Shown: positions 19,279 to 29,610, counted from the whole stretch's first letter. The stretch is 63,067 bases of DNA, filler included, from 3 parts of 3 records of this genome joined end to end with filler, not necessarily neighbours in it, one strand, 5' to 3'. Made by a program: numbers and translations. The notes: a model not told the origin generated them from the sequence alone.

Positions 19279-20232
19279 ATGACAAAAGTCCTCGTTACCG
19301 GCGGTGCAGGCTTTATCGCGTCCCACATCACGACAGCTCTGGTAGAACGGGGCGATGATGTGCGGGTGCTGGACAATCTGTGCACTGGGTTCGAATCGAA
19401 CTTGGCCCATGTTCGCGACGATATCGAGTTCATCAAGGGGGACGTGACCGATCCCGCTGCCGTTGCTTCCGCGATGAAGGGCGTCGAACTTGTATTCCAC
19501 CAAGCGGCGTTGGCTAGTGTTCCATTGAGTCTGGAAAAGCCACTCGAAGTCCACAACGCGTGCGCGACCGGTACGCTGACTGTTCTTGACCAAGCAGTGA
19601 AGGCTGGCGTGCGACGAGTTGTCTACGCTGCCAGCAGTAGTGCCTACGGTGATCGACCGTTTGCCGCAAAACGCGAGACCGATTTGCCACAAGTGCTAAG
19701 TCCCTACGCTGCGGCTAAATTGGCTGGCGAATTGTATTGCGAAGCGTACTACCACAGCTTCGGGCTGGAGACAGTTGGACTCAGGTACTTCAACGTATTC
19801 GGTCCACGCCAGGACCCGGCCAGTCCTTATTCGGCGGTCATTCCACTGTTCGTAACCGCAATCCTCACCGGCCAGCGACCGACGATCTTCGGCGACGGGC
19901 ATCAATCACGAGACTTCATCTTCATCAAGAATGTTGTCAAAGGCAATCTGCTTGCGGCGGAGGCCAAAGACGCTCCGGGCAAGATCTTCAACATGGCAGA
20001 GGGCCGTCAAACTTCTCTGTTGCAACTACTTGATTCACTTTCACGACTGCTTGGCAAGAGCGTCGAGCCCGATTTCCAGCCAGCTCGTGCGGGCGACGTC
20101 CGCGAGAGCCTGGCAGACATCACGCAAGCCAGAACGATACTGGGTTACGAACCGCAAACCAACCTCGACGAGGGATTGTCGCAGACGATCGATTACTATC
20201 GTGCAATCGCAAAAGACTGCGCGCCGGCCTAG
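19279..20232 (+). CDS. NAD-dependent epimerase/dehydratase (UDP-Glc/GlcNAc 4-epimerase-like)
   Basis: VLVTGGAGFI, YAASSSAYG, catalytic YAAAK and LRYFNVFGPRQDP. Confidence 0.9.
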   Translation: MTKVLVTGGAGFIASHITTALVERGDDVRVLDNLCTGFESNLAHVRDDIEFIKGDVTDPAAVASAMKGVELVFHQAALASVPLSLEKPLEVHNACATGTLTVLDQAVKAGVRRVVYAASSSAYGDRPFAAKRETDLPQVLSPYAAAKLAGELYCEAYYHSFGLETVGLRYFNVFGPRQDPASPYSAVIPLFVTAILTGQRPTIFGDGHQSRDFIFIKNVVKGNLLAAEAKDAPGKIFNMAEGRQTSLLQLLDSLSRLLGKSVEPDFQPARAGDVRESLADITQARTILGYEPQTNLDEGLSQTIDYYRAIAKDCAPA

Positions 20233-20305
20233 CGGCTTTGCTATCTTGGTCACGGCCCCGACTGATCTTAAGCCTAGCTTTCGCTAAAACAAAAACGCTG
20301 CCCCA

Positions 20306-21343
20306 ATGCACAAGCTAGAACAATCCATCTTAGCCCGCTGGGCCCCGCAGCGATGGCGTCGCACGCGTGTGTTGATTGGCGTCAGTGGAGGCGCGGACAG
20401 CGTTGCTCTCTTGCTTGCTCTTCGGCAAGTGGCTGAAGACTCGACTTTATTGCACGCCGCACATTACAACCACCAGTGGCGCGGTGAAGAAAGCGACGCG
20501 GACGCCGCATTTGTACGCAAGTTGTGCGAATCAATGGATTGCCCGCTGAGCTACGGTTCGGCAAGTCAGCCGGCTGAGAAAGACTCGCTCAAGAGTGAAG
20601 AGAGCGCTCGCAAAGAGCGTTACGAGTTCATGGCCAAGGCAGCTTACCAAGCCGGTTGTCGCTACATCGCGACAGCTCACACTGCTTCGGACCGTATCGA
20701 GACAGTTCTGCACAACCTGTTTCGCGGAACAGGCCTCTCCGGAGTCGCTTCTCCGCAGATCTCGCGACCAATGGATGAGGAACTTGTGCTGGTCCGCCCT
20801 CTGCTAGGATGTTCGCGGTCCGACGTGCTCGATTATCTCAACCACCGCGGTCAAGACTACCGCGAAGATTCGAGCAACCTGGACTTGCAGTTTCGTCGGA
20901 ACTACATCCGCCGTGAACTGCTGCCTGCGATTCGAGAACAATACGGCACATCTGTCGATCAAAAGCTGCTATCGTTCAGCGAGCTGGCTGAAGAAGCCAA
21001 TGAAGTATTCAAACAGTACGCGCTCGATTACTTGGAGGAAGCCGAAGCCATGCGGCAAAGTCTCGGCGTAGAAACGCTGAACAGGGCTCCTGTCCGCGAA
21101 GATCGCATCCTCCTGCCGTCCTTTGCATTGCTGCGGAAGCCTTGGCCCATTGTCAGACAAGCACTTGCGATCTTGATGCTCGAACACTCCTGGCCGCAAC
21201 AGGCACTCAACCGTAGCCATTGGAATACGATTCGAAACATGCTTGAAGATCGCAATGGCAAACACAGTGTGGCCGAGCTTCCGGGCCAAATCCGTGTCAG
21301 CACCAGCGACAAATGGATTCAGCTCGTTAGAAAAACTGCTTGA
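20306..21343 (+). CDS. tilS: tRNA(Ile)-lysidine synthetase
   Basis: PP-loop SGGADS, HYNHQWR, EESARKERY, AHTASD..ET, RPLL and DSSN..RRNYIR. Confidence 0.93.
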   Translation: MHKLEQSILARWAPQRWRRTRVLIGVSGGADSVALLLALRQVAEDSTLLHAAHYNHQWRGEESDADAAFVRKLCESMDCPLSYGSASQPAEKDSLKSEESARKERYEFMAKAAYQAGCRYIATAHTASDRIETVLHNLFRGTGLSGVASPQISRPMDEELVLVRPLLGCSRSDVLDYLNHRGQDYREDSSNLDLQFRRNYIRRELLPAIREQYGTSVDQKLLSFSELAEEANEVFKQYALDYLEEAEAMRQSLGVETLNRAPVREDRILLPSFALLRKPWPIVRQALAILMLEHSWPQQALNRSHWNTIRNMLEDRNGKHSVAELPGQIRVSTSDKWIQLVRKTA

Positions 21344-21452
21344 AGACGTTAGAAAACAACTATTAGCACCGACGGGCAACTGGGTATACAATTGATAGCA
21401 CACCCAGCGTCGCGACTTCTATCCCCCAACTTCATGAGACAAGGTCTTCGAA

Positions 21453-22406
21453 ATGCCTCTGCTTTCGTTTCCCCGGTTCGCCGGAATAGCCCTGGTGACT
21501 TGCCTAGTAACATGCCCGGCCGCCTTTGGGCAGTACGGTGGAGTGACATCACGTGGGCTCGACGCATCGGGCACGGCGGACGTCGACGTAGAGCCAGACC
21601 GCATGAAACTGGTCATGTGGATCAAGGCGGAAGAGCTAGACGCGCAAACTGCCGCACAAGTCTTGCTGCAGCATCGCGAGAGAGTTCGTGAAGAACTTAA
21701 GAAGATGATGGCAATCGAGGAATCGATTCAGTTTTCCGCACCAACTGTTGAGAAGTCTAGCAATGACGAAGAACAACGAGAAATGTTAGGGCGGATGAGG
21801 ATGATGCAACAAGGTGCTCCGGACATGGATGCAAGCGAAATCCCCAAAACCTACACTGCCTTCTGTGCGGTTAAAGCAGAATGGAGAATTCCGCAGGGCA
21901 ACGAACTGCAACTTGCGATTTTGCCCGCAACTCTACGGGAGAGAATTGAGAAGGCGGATCTGGCTGGCAATAAAAACCAACCACAGCTCGACGGCGACAT
22001 CGCACAGCGTCTGAAGAAGATCAAGGAAGTTGTCGAGGAACAAATGGGCCCGTTCTACTCCGATGGTAGTGAAGCAGACGTGCCACAGATCTACTTTGTC
22101 GGTCGCTACACTGATGCTCAGGTAGAAGCTGCTTCGAAAGTTGCGTTTAACGAAGCGAAGAAGAATGCTGCGATGCTAGCACGTGCCACCGGTGCGGAAC
22201 TTGGTGGCATCCTGTCCATTGCGTCCAGCATCGATGACTCGGAGTACTACGACAACTTCCACTATGGCTACGACTATGAAGCCCGCGAACTACCAACGCA
22301 GTTCGTTTCCCCTGGGAAGAACGAAACCCAATCGAGCTCGGTAGACAGCCTTGGGCATGAAGTCAGCGTTTTCATAAAGTTTGACATCAGGTTCGCTGGA
22401 AAATAG
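21453..22406 (+). CDS. SIMPL (DUF541)-like exported protein
   Basis: Signal peptide, ASGTADVDVEPD, and AFNEAKKNAAMLARATGAELGGILSI near the C-terminus. Confidence 0.7.
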   Translation: MPLLSFPRFAGIALVTCLVTCPAAFGQYGGVTSRGLDASGTADVDVEPDRMKLVMWIKAEELDAQTAAQVLLQHRERVREELKKMMAIEESIQFSAPTVEKSSNDEEQREMLGRMRMMQQGAPDMDASEIPKTYTAFCAVKAEWRIPQGNELQLAILPATLRERIEKADLAGNKNQPQLDGDIAQRLKKIKEVVEEQMGPFYSDGSEADVPQIYFVGRYTDAQVEAASKVAFNEAKKNAAMLARATGAELGGILSIASSIDDSEYYDNFHYGYDYEARELPTQFVSPGKNETQSSSVDSLGHEVSVFIKFDIRFAGK

Positions 22407-22456
22407 ACGTCTCACCTCGGACTCAGTGGCCCCATCCGCAAGACGACTACCAGCAA

Positions 22457-23737
22457 CTAATTCGCTTCACCTGCAATACAGCTTAGGTGGCAAGCGGTTC
22501 GGACCAGGATGTAGTCATCTCCGATCACCGGTGTAGCCCTTGTTGGCTCACCGAGTTCGACTGTACCTAGCTCTTCAAATTCGCTTGACGCACGAAGCAC
22601 GCTGACAGTCCCGGACTCGCTAATGCCGATGAGCTTGTCGCCCGCAATGACGGGCGAACTGGATACAGGAGGATTGCTAACGCGTTTTGTCCACAACACT
22701 TCCCCCTCAGGTGCCGTCACACAGGAAACCATTCCGCGATCGCTCCACAAGAAGACCTTCCCGTCTTGAGCAACCGCACCGGGGACATAGGGTGCAAAAC
22801 GATCAACCTTGAACGCAACCTCGTGGCTATCGCTCTTGTAATTGATGGCAAACAAACGATTGCTTCCTCCGCCTGATCCCTCGGTCGCTATTACAAGATC
22901 TCCGACGATAATCGGACAAGACACGCACCGCTGCTTAAACACCTTCTTGTTCCAAAGCGGCTCGCCATCGGACAGCAGCACTGCAAAGACACCGTCACCT
23001 GTATTGGCAAAAATCAGCGCTGCTTCGCCAGACTGCGGATCCTCGACCAAAGCGGGCACGCCATAGCAAGCCCGTGTCGCCGTTCGGCGGGTCTTCCATT
23101 TATCTTCGCCAGTCGCCGCATCGAAGGCCATAACATGACTTTCGCCTGGCTGAACGCCGGGTGGCAACTGCTGCGCAGCTTGGGAATTGAAGAGAATAAT
23201 TGTGTCATCAAAAACTGCCGGGGAAGCACCGAATCCGTGCTGACTGATGAAGCGTCCCAAATCGCGACGCCACAAGGGATCGCCCGAGTGCGACATAGCA
23301 ATGAGGACGACTCCGTCGGGGCCACCCCAGGTGAAGAAGACGCCACTATCATTGACGCACGGTGAGCTCGACGCGTACGTGCTGCGAGAATGCAAGTGGT
23401 GCGGTTCACCTTCGAAGCGCTTGCTCCAAACCTCATTGCCAGTTTCCAAATCGAACGCTTGCAAATACCGCGTGGCATCCTTCTGATCGGAACTCATCAG
23501 ATAGACGCGATTATCGTAAACAACCGGTGAACCGTTGCCGGAACCGTTAAGTTCAATTTGCCAACGTATGTCCTTTGGTTGCCACGGCACTGGCACCGTG
23601 CAATTCGCGTTGACTCCAGAGCCGTTGGGGCCGCGAAAACGAGTCCAGTCCGCTCCGACAACGGGTGCTGCAAGACATGCAATCATGCTGGCAATACTGG
23701 CGGCAAAAGCTGTCTTCGCAAGTGGTTTGATCTTCAT
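22457..23737 (-). CDS. PQQ-like/BamB-type beta-propeller repeat protein
   Basis: Signal peptide, DWTRFRGPNGSG, repeated SSP...AFD..TG...W blades. Start ATG 23737. Confidence 0.85.
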   Translation of the reverse strand: MKIKPLAKTAFAASIASMIACLAAPVVGADWTRFRGPNGSGVNANCTVPVPWQPKDIRWQIELNGSGNGSPVVYDNRVYLMSSDQKDATRYLQAFDLETGNEVWSKRFEGEPHHLHSRSTYASSSPCVNDSGVFFTWGGPDGVVLIAMSHSGDPLWRRDLGRFISQHGFGASPAVFDDTIILFNSQAAQQLPPGVQPGESHVMAFDAATGEDKWKTRRTATRACYGVPALVEDPQSGEAALIFANTGDGVFAVLLSDGEPLWNKKVFKQRCVSCPIIVGDLVIATEGSGGGSNRLFAINYKSDSHEVAFKVDRFAPYVPGAVAQDGKVFLWSDRGMVSCVTAPEGEVLWTKRVSNPPVSSSPVIAGDKLIGISESGTVSVLRASSEFEELGTVELGEPTRATPVIGDDYILVRTACHLSCIAGEAN

Positions 23738-24046
23738 AACATCCAAGTTCACGATTCGGTTTTTCGATTTGCTGCCTGCGCACAGACGAGTGAGTCCCAG
23801 CCTGTGAAAACGACCTCTGTAGGATACCAGAATACGCCTCGCCCCGAACGGCATCAGTCAGATGCAGCCCGCATGGACATGAGAAATTTCGCGAAGAATC
23901 TTTGATTTTGCTTTAGCTGGCGCACCACATCTGACGATCATTCTTTTTACAGTGCCATAGGGGGGCACTTCGTCGAGTTGCCCAAGCGGGCGACGAAGTT
24001 GGACTGAGTTTCTGTTCATACTCGGTACAACAAAAAGGAATCCGGT

Positions 24047-25216
24047 GTGCCTTCTACCGGAACACAATTCTCCCATAATCGGCTCGCATGTTTGCATGCG
24101 GCGCGAATGCTTGCATTTTACGTTGCAGGCTCCGCACTCCTGACTGGGTGTGCGCTCGTGCCGGACGTGAAGCACAAGCCCGAGTACTACAATCCGTTTC
24201 CTCAGTTGAAAACGGTTGCGGTTCTTCCGTTTTCTAACCAGAGCGAACAACCAACGCTCAGTGGTGAACGGGTTGCGTTGGCTTACATCAACGAGCTGCA
24301 GAGCATTCCAGGATTCGAGGTCCTGCCGCTTGGCGTGGTCAAGGTGAAGCTATCAGAGTTCTCGCCCAGCGGGGAAATGGGAGCGTCTCAGTTTCAGCAG
24401 TTCGCGCAGTTCATTGGCGTGGACGCTGTCATCATTGGATCGATCACCGACTACGATCCCTACTATCCGCCTCGTATGACGTTGAAGACAAGCTGGTATG
24501 CCGCCAACCCGGGCTTCCACCCTGTGCTGCCTGGCTACGGGCTTCCGTGGGGAACCGACGAGGAAGAGGACATACCTAGGTGGGTTCAGCATGAGGCGCA
24601 GCGAGCGCTTGCGGCCGAACAACTCAAATCACAAACGCCCGACCCGAGCGCCCCGATGCCGTCATTGTTGCCCGAAGATCGCGCTCGGACTCCAGCTATG
24701 TCGCCCAAGGGAATGTCCAATGAGATGATGTCGCCTAAGAGCTTGCCGGATGCTAGCGAAGAGCTGCCACCGTTGCCGGCTGACGAAAGCGACGCGGTCA
24801 GTGCTGCTTCCGCTCAGGTGATCGTTCCTGGTGGATTGGGAAGTAACGAATATCAGGATCCAATGATCTACACAAACGGGAACGACGCGTTGCCCCCTGA
24901 GTGGCCAGATCCACGCGGCTTTGTTCCGGATCCACCGCAACGTCAGCGACCAGAATACCGCCCTCAACCGGCCGCGATCATCGAACACATGCGAAGCTAT
25001 AACGGTCATGACGAAGATTTTACACAGCAGTTAGAAGAGTATTTTTACTTCCGAGACGATGCCCGCTTCGGGGGTTGGCAATCGTATCTCCAACGCAGCG
25101 AAGACTTTATTCGTTTCTGCTGCTACCTTCACGTCTCTGAAACACTCGCTTTACGCGGTGGACAAGACGAAAGCCGCTTGATCTTGAGGTGGCCTATCGA
25201 CCGATACACTCGGTAG
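24047..25216 (+). CDS. Lipoprotein of unknown function (CsgG/LpoB-like N-terminal fold, Pro-rich linker)
   Basis: Lipobox LLTG-C, VAVLPFSN and GVDAVIIGSITDY; Pro-rich central region. Exact start uncertain. Confidence 0.65.
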   Translation: MPSTGTQFSHNRLACLHAARMLAFYVAGSALLTGCALVPDVKHKPEYYNPFPQLKTVAVLPFSNQSEQPTLSGERVALAYINELQSIPGFEVLPLGVVKVKLSEFSPSGEMGASQFQQFAQFIGVDAVIIGSITDYDPYYPPRMTLKTSWYAANPGFHPVLPGYGLPWGTDEEEDIPRWVQHEAQRALAAEQLKSQTPDPSAPMPSLLPEDRARTPAMSPKGMSNEMMSPKSLPDASEELPPLPADESDAVSAASAQVIVPGGLGSNEYQDPMIYTNGNDALPPEWPDPRGFVPDPPQRQRPEYRPQPAAIIEHMRSYNGHDEDFTQQLEEYFYFRDDARFGGWQSYLQRSEDFIRFCCYLHVSETLALRGGQDESRLILRWPIDRYTR

Positions 25217-25600
25217 GTCGCTGCGACCGGACGCTTGATGCGTTTTGGTTGCGGGGACGAACGACTGCAATAACAGCTATCCACGCTGTCGAAAGCTTTG
25301 CTTTGGGAGAGGCCACTTTCGACCGAACTCGGTGGCGGCAGTCGTTCATCCCTCCTCAAGACTCTTTGCATCTAAACAATGCCCGCTCGCTATCAATCGC
25401 CTTGGCAATTCGTCCAACTGCGTTGACCCGCAATGCGAGCAAGCGCACAGATGCACTTTGTTGACGAGCTGCGATTCAGCTAGTACTGCGTACTCAGCCT
25501 GGCCGGTATCGACGATCCGGCATCCTGGCTTGACGCCCGCCGCAGAACGCTAGCGAATTCCCCTGACAAACCATGGCGACATGCAGCAGGAGGCACGCGC

Positions 25601-25858
25601 ATGCACCAGGAGATCAACGTACTTGCCCTCATGAAGGGCGAAGAACGTTATGTATTCCTTTACTCGGATGACAATCGTGTTGAGACGCTCCGGACCCTGG
25701 GGCGTTACGCGGCGAACCCCGATCTTAGCTTTACGTGGTACGACGCTGCGGTGATGAGCAAGAAGATACGCGACATCGCAACTGAGGAAGAGATGCGATT
25801 GACCGAATCGGTCGGCACACGTCGATTCGACATCCCTCAAAACAAGGACCTGATTTAG
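25601..25858 (+). CDS. Small hypothetical protein (85 aa)
   Basis: GGAGG RBS upstream. The sequence INVLALMKGEERYVFLY..FTWYDAAV resembles a conserved planctomycete small protein (recollection only). Confidence 0.75.
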   Translation: MHQEINVLALMKGEERYVFLYSDDNRVETLRTLGRYAANPDLSFTWYDAAVMSKKIRDIATEEEMRLTESVGTRRFDIPQNKDLI

Positions 25859-25914
25859 CCGCGTGGTCTCCAGAAGACCGTAGCGGATGAGGTCACGAAT
25901 CCTTGCTGCAGTAA

Positions 25915-26014
25915 NNNNNNNNNNNNNNNNNNNNNNNNNNNNNNNNNNNNNNNNNNNNTTAATTAATTAANNNNNNNNNNNNNNNNNNNNNNNNNNNNNN
26001 NNNNNNNNNNNNNN
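25915..26014. other. Artificial contig spacer
   Basis: 44 N + TTAATTAATTAA (stops in all six frames) + 44 N. Confidence 0.98.
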
Positions 26015-26673
26015 TAGCCTTGGGTTTCGTAGTCATAGAGCTGTTTCGCTTCTTCCAAGGAATCAAACATGTGCAGATGGCCATCCGTCAGGACCGCCGC
26101 CTTTTTGGCAAATTTTTCCAACGTCGCGGCCTGGTGTGAAACGATGACAATCGTTGTCGTGCGCAATCGCTCTTCGAGGATCGACCCAGCCTTTTTGTTG
26201 AATTCTACGTCAGTGGACGAAGGCATCCCCTCATCAATCAGATACATATCGAAATCCAGCGCCAACATCAGAGCAAACGAAAATCGTGCCCGCATGCCCG
26301 CTGAATAGGTTCCAAGCGGTTGGTCAAAGTATTCGCCCAAGCCGCAGAGCCATCGGCAATACGCCTCTACATAGTCGGGATCAAGGCCATAAAGCTTTGC
26401 AATATAGCGCGAATTTTCCATCGCTGAGACACGTTTGACCACACCGCCCATAAAGCCGAGTGGGAAAGAGATATTACATCCGCGCCGGATGATCCCTTCG
26501 TCAGGTTTTTCCAGTCCGGCCATCATGTTGACCAAGGTGGTTTTCCCGGTGCCGTTTGGGGCCAGGACACCCAAAGATGTCCCCAGCTCTACGCGAAAGG
26601 AAACGCGATCCAGAATCACCTTGCGCTGGGATCCGGTCCAAAAGGATTTACTGACACTATCGAACTCAAGCAT
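26015..26673 (-). CDS. Capsule/polysaccharide export ABC ATPase (KpsT-like)
   Basis: Walker A APNGTGKTT, signature YSAGMRARFSFA, YLIDEG and IVSH. The stop codon is clipped by the gap. Confidence 0.88.
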
Positions 26674-27203
26674 GTTCTATCTGCTGCGGCCTTTGGTTTT
26701 GGTTGCGAGCGCTGGCATCTCTGCGCGGGCTCCTCCCCCTTTTGGGGTGGGGGTATGAAGTTAGCCTACGGGGCGATTTTGGCTACATTATGTCGAAATG
26801 TGAAACAAATATTCAATGTAGACACGGTTCTGACGAGGCAAGGGCGGAAACTGGCCTGAAATCCGCGGTTTTGCCGTGGGGAATGCGTCAATTTGTTTCC
26901 AAATTGACAACAGTTCAGTCTCAACGGCGGTGCTGAGTCGCAATTGGCAACATCGCTGGGAATACATCAAATGTTTGGCGTAGTTCTATACCTTGAGATG
27001 GGGAGAGTTGCCTAAAATGCAAGATATTCAGTTTGTGAGGGGTTAGAGCTTGCAGCGGTGCCAATGATGAGATTGCAGAAAGGTGAACAGACTTGGCTTG
27101 ACGTGGATGGCGGCATGCGCCCCTCTGTCGAGGCCGCCGCCGGATTTTAGGTCTCATAGATGTTGCGTTGGTGTGTGGCGATTTTGGGATTGAGGCAAAA
27201 ACG

Positions 27204-27803
27204 ATGACGGCTAAAGCTGAGGAATCTGACTTGCTCCAAGCGATACGGGCCTGCCAGCTGTGCGCTGATCGGTTTGCGAAAACCGCAACTGCACATCGCC
27301 CCCGCCCAATTGTCTGGTTGTCGGCAACAGCGCGTATTCTTGTTGCAGGCCAAGCACCTGGCGCGCGCGTTCATGCGTCGGGGAAACCGTTCACTGACCC
27401 TTCGGGGGATCGATTGCGTGCGTGGATGGGAGTAAGCGAGGATGATTTCTATGATGTAAGTCGGGTTGCGATCTTGCCCACTGCGTTTTGTTTTCCGGGC
27501 TACAACGCCAAGGGGTCTGACCTGCCGCCACCGCCCATTTGCGCCTCGACGTGGCACGACCGGGTGATGCGGACCTTGCCAGAGGTGAAGCTAACGCTGC
27601 TGATTGGGGGGTATGCGCAGAAATACCATCTTGGGGTGCGGGGATCTGTGACAGACGTCGTGCGCGACTGGAGAACTGCACCGGCCGGTGTCATTCCTTT
27701 GCCCCATCCGTCGTGGCGGAACACCGGCTGGATCAAAAAGAACCCGTGGTTCGAGGCAGAGTTGGTACCGCACCTGCGTGAACACGTTCGGTCTTTGCTT
27801 TAG
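27204..27803 (+). CDS. Uracil-DNA glycosylase family protein
   Basis: GQAPG..VH.SG.PF.DPSGDRLR, FCFPG and LPHPSWRN. Confidence 0.9.
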   Translation: MTAKAEESDLLQAIRACQLCADRFAKTATAHRPRPIVWLSATARILVAGQAPGARVHASGKPFTDPSGDRLRAWMGVSEDDFYDVSRVAILPTAFCFPGYNAKGSDLPPPPICASTWHDRVMRTLPEVKLTLLIGGYAQKYHLGVRGSVTDVVRDWRTAPAGVIPLPHPSWRNTGWIKKNPWFEAELVPHLREHVRSLL

Positions 27804-27844
27804 CGGTGCCGGGCGTGGTATCCCCGATCAGGGTTTGTCAGGCG

Positions 27845-28384
27845 TTATTCGCCTTCGAACTCGCACAGGATATGAACATCCATTCCCATGCTTTCTAAAA
27901 TCTTGCGTCCCCCCAGATCGGGCAGGTCAACGATAAACGCGCAAGAGATGATGTCACCGCCTAAGCGTTCAATCAGTTTGATCCCTGCCGACGCGGTGCC
28001 GCCGGTGGCTAGCAGATCGTCAACAACCAAGATCTTCTCGCCGGGCTGGATCGCGTCATCGTGGATTTCCACAATCGCTTCGCCATACTCAAGCTTGTAT
28101 TCTTGCGATATGGTGGTGCCGGGCAGCTTGCCTTTTTTGCGGATGGGCACAAAACCAACGCTGAGCTGGTGGGCAATCGCACCGCCCAAAATAAATCCGC
28201 GCGCTTCTAACCCGATAACTTTGTCGATGCGCTCCCCCGCATAGGGGTGCAGCATTTGGTCGATCGCCATGCGAAATCCGCGGGGATCGGAAAACAACGT
28301 GGTGACATCACGAAACAGGATACCTTCGTGCGGAAAGTCAACGATGGTGCGGATATAGTCCTGAACGGTGGTTTTCTTCGGCAT
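27845..28384 (-). CDS. apt: Adenine phosphoribosyltransferase
   Basis: [31 protein letters not shown] and PRPP motif [11 protein letters not shown]. Confidence 0.96.
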   Translation of the reverse strand: MPKKTTVQDYIRTIVDFPHEGILFRDVTTLFSDPRGFRMAIDQMLHPYAGERIDKVIGLEARGFILGGAIAHQLSVGFVPIRKKGKLPGTTISQEYKLEYGEAIVEIHDDAIQPGEKILVVDDLLATGGTASAGIKLIERLGGDIISCAFIVDLPDLGGRKILESMGMDVHILCEFEGE

Positions 28385-28448
28385 GGGGTATCTCAACTCG
28401 GCTTTTATCCCGATTGGTTTGACCCAAGGCTTGCCTTGTTTCAAGGGC

Positions 28449-28478
28449 AAGAAAGCACAAGACCCGCCGGGGCGGGTC
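28449..28478 (-). terminator. Probable intrinsic terminator
   Basis: GACCCGC/GCGGGTC stem (28461-28478) followed on the minus strand by TTGTGCTTTCTT. Confidence 0.5.
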
Positions 28479-28486
28479 AATGGTGG

Positions 28487-28612
28487 TTATTTTCGACTTT
28501 TACGTTTGGCGCTAAAGGGCCGATAAAGCGCTGACGGAAGCCACAAGAGATGGGGTTTTCGCCAATCTCTGCGGTCTTGCACCAGAAGCGAAGAAGCTGC
28601 ATGTAGGTTCAT
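28487..28612 (-). CDS. Candidate 41-aa small protein (MNLHAASSLLVQDRRDWRKPHLLWLPSALYRPFSAKRKSRK)
   Basis: Read manually. GAGAGG lies 8 nt before the ATG and a hairpin follows the stop. No recognised family. Confidence 0.35.
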   Translation of the reverse strand: MNLHAASSLLVQDRRDWRKPHLLWLPSALYRPFSAKRKSRK

Positions 28613-28720
28613 TGCCTTATCCTCTCGATTACTGCTATTTCTGATTATATCGACAAACTATGTGCAATGTATATACAAAGTATATCGACCGGAGTCAATG
28701 ATACCTAGGATGGTGGCATC

Positions 28721-28894
28721 GTGAGCAAAAAAGACGGTAAAGCTTCGACGAAGAAGAATTCTCAGTTGGTTCTGCGCTTGGACAAGGACGAGCGGGATGC
28801 GTTTGTAGAATTGTGCAAAGAGCTGGATACAAGTGCAGCCCGCGAAATTCGCCGGTTTATCCGGGGGTTTATGAAGGATAACGCAGACAGTTAA
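28721..28894 (+). CDS. 57-aa ribbon-helix-helix (CopG/Arc-like) DNA-binding protein
   Basis: Read manually and absent from the ORF track: MSKKDGKASTKKNSQLVLRLDKDERDAFVELCKELDTSAAREIRRFIRGFMKDNADS. Alternating beta-strand SQLVLRL is followed by two amphipathic helices. Confidence 0.75.
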   Translation: MSKKDGKASTKKNSQLVLRLDKDERDAFVELCKELDTSAAREIRRFIRGFMKDNADS

Positions 28895-29520
28895 GCGGGA
28901 CGACGCAGGAACGCGGTTGCAAGGCCCATTGCCATCAGGGTTACACCGCCGGCGCGCGTTAACCCGGTGACAATGCTAGGACGCCCGACCCAGCGGCGCA
29001 GTTTGTCCGCAAGCAGAGCGTAAACCAACGCGTTAAATCCGGCGAGCCCAACAAACGTCCCGATCAGGATCGCGAATTGAGGAAGCAGGGGCAATTCTGG
29101 GCGCAGGAACTGCGGTACAAAGGCAATGAAAAACGCGATTGATTTTGGGTTCAGTGCGGTTACGGCAGCGGCATGCAGAAATACACTGCGTGGGCTCACG
29201 TCGCGTTTGGTGTCAACTGTGCCCAGACCTTCGGACGGGGCAGAGCGGACAAGCTTAAACCCGAGCCAGAGCAGATAAGCAGCCCCAACCCATTTGAGAA
29301 CCGAAAACAACGTGGCCGATGTCAGCACAAGTGCGCCAAGGCCGGCCAGTGAGGCTGTCATCGCAATCAGATCCCCCAAAGCGACCCCGGTGGCCGAGGC
29401 CACGGCAACGGGACGCCCTTTGGACAACGCATAGCTGAGCACCAGCAGCACAGTTGGCCCCGGAATAAGCAAAAGAGCCGTTGAAGCGGCAACAAAGGCG
29501 AGCCAGAGATCTAGGGGCAT
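28891..29520 (-). CDS. LysE/RhtB family translocator
   Basis: LLIPGPTVLLV, LKWVGAAYLLWLG and LNPKSIAFFIAFVPQF. Confidence 0.92.
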   Translation of the reverse strand: MPLDLWLAFVAASTALLLIPGPTVLLVLSYALSKGRPVAVASATGVALGDLIAMTASLAGLGALVLTSATLFSVLKWVGAAYLLWLGFKLVRSAPSEGLGTVDTKRDVSPRSVFLHAAAVTALNPKSIAFFIAFVPQFLRPELPLLPQFAILIGTFVGLAGFNALVYALLADKLRRWVGRPSIVTGLTRAGGVTLMAMGLATAFLRRPA

Positions 29521-29610
29521 GGCGGAAAGACTCCTTGAAGTGAGGCTGTTAACGGAAATGCGCGCCTCCAGAAAACTGCGGACGCGCATCAGTGTCAAGC
29601 CGCCTCGGGC

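Noticed and set aside
25959-25970. TTAATTAATTAA palindrome (also at 53133-53144)
   Set aside because: Synthetic six-frame-stop linker embedded in Ns.
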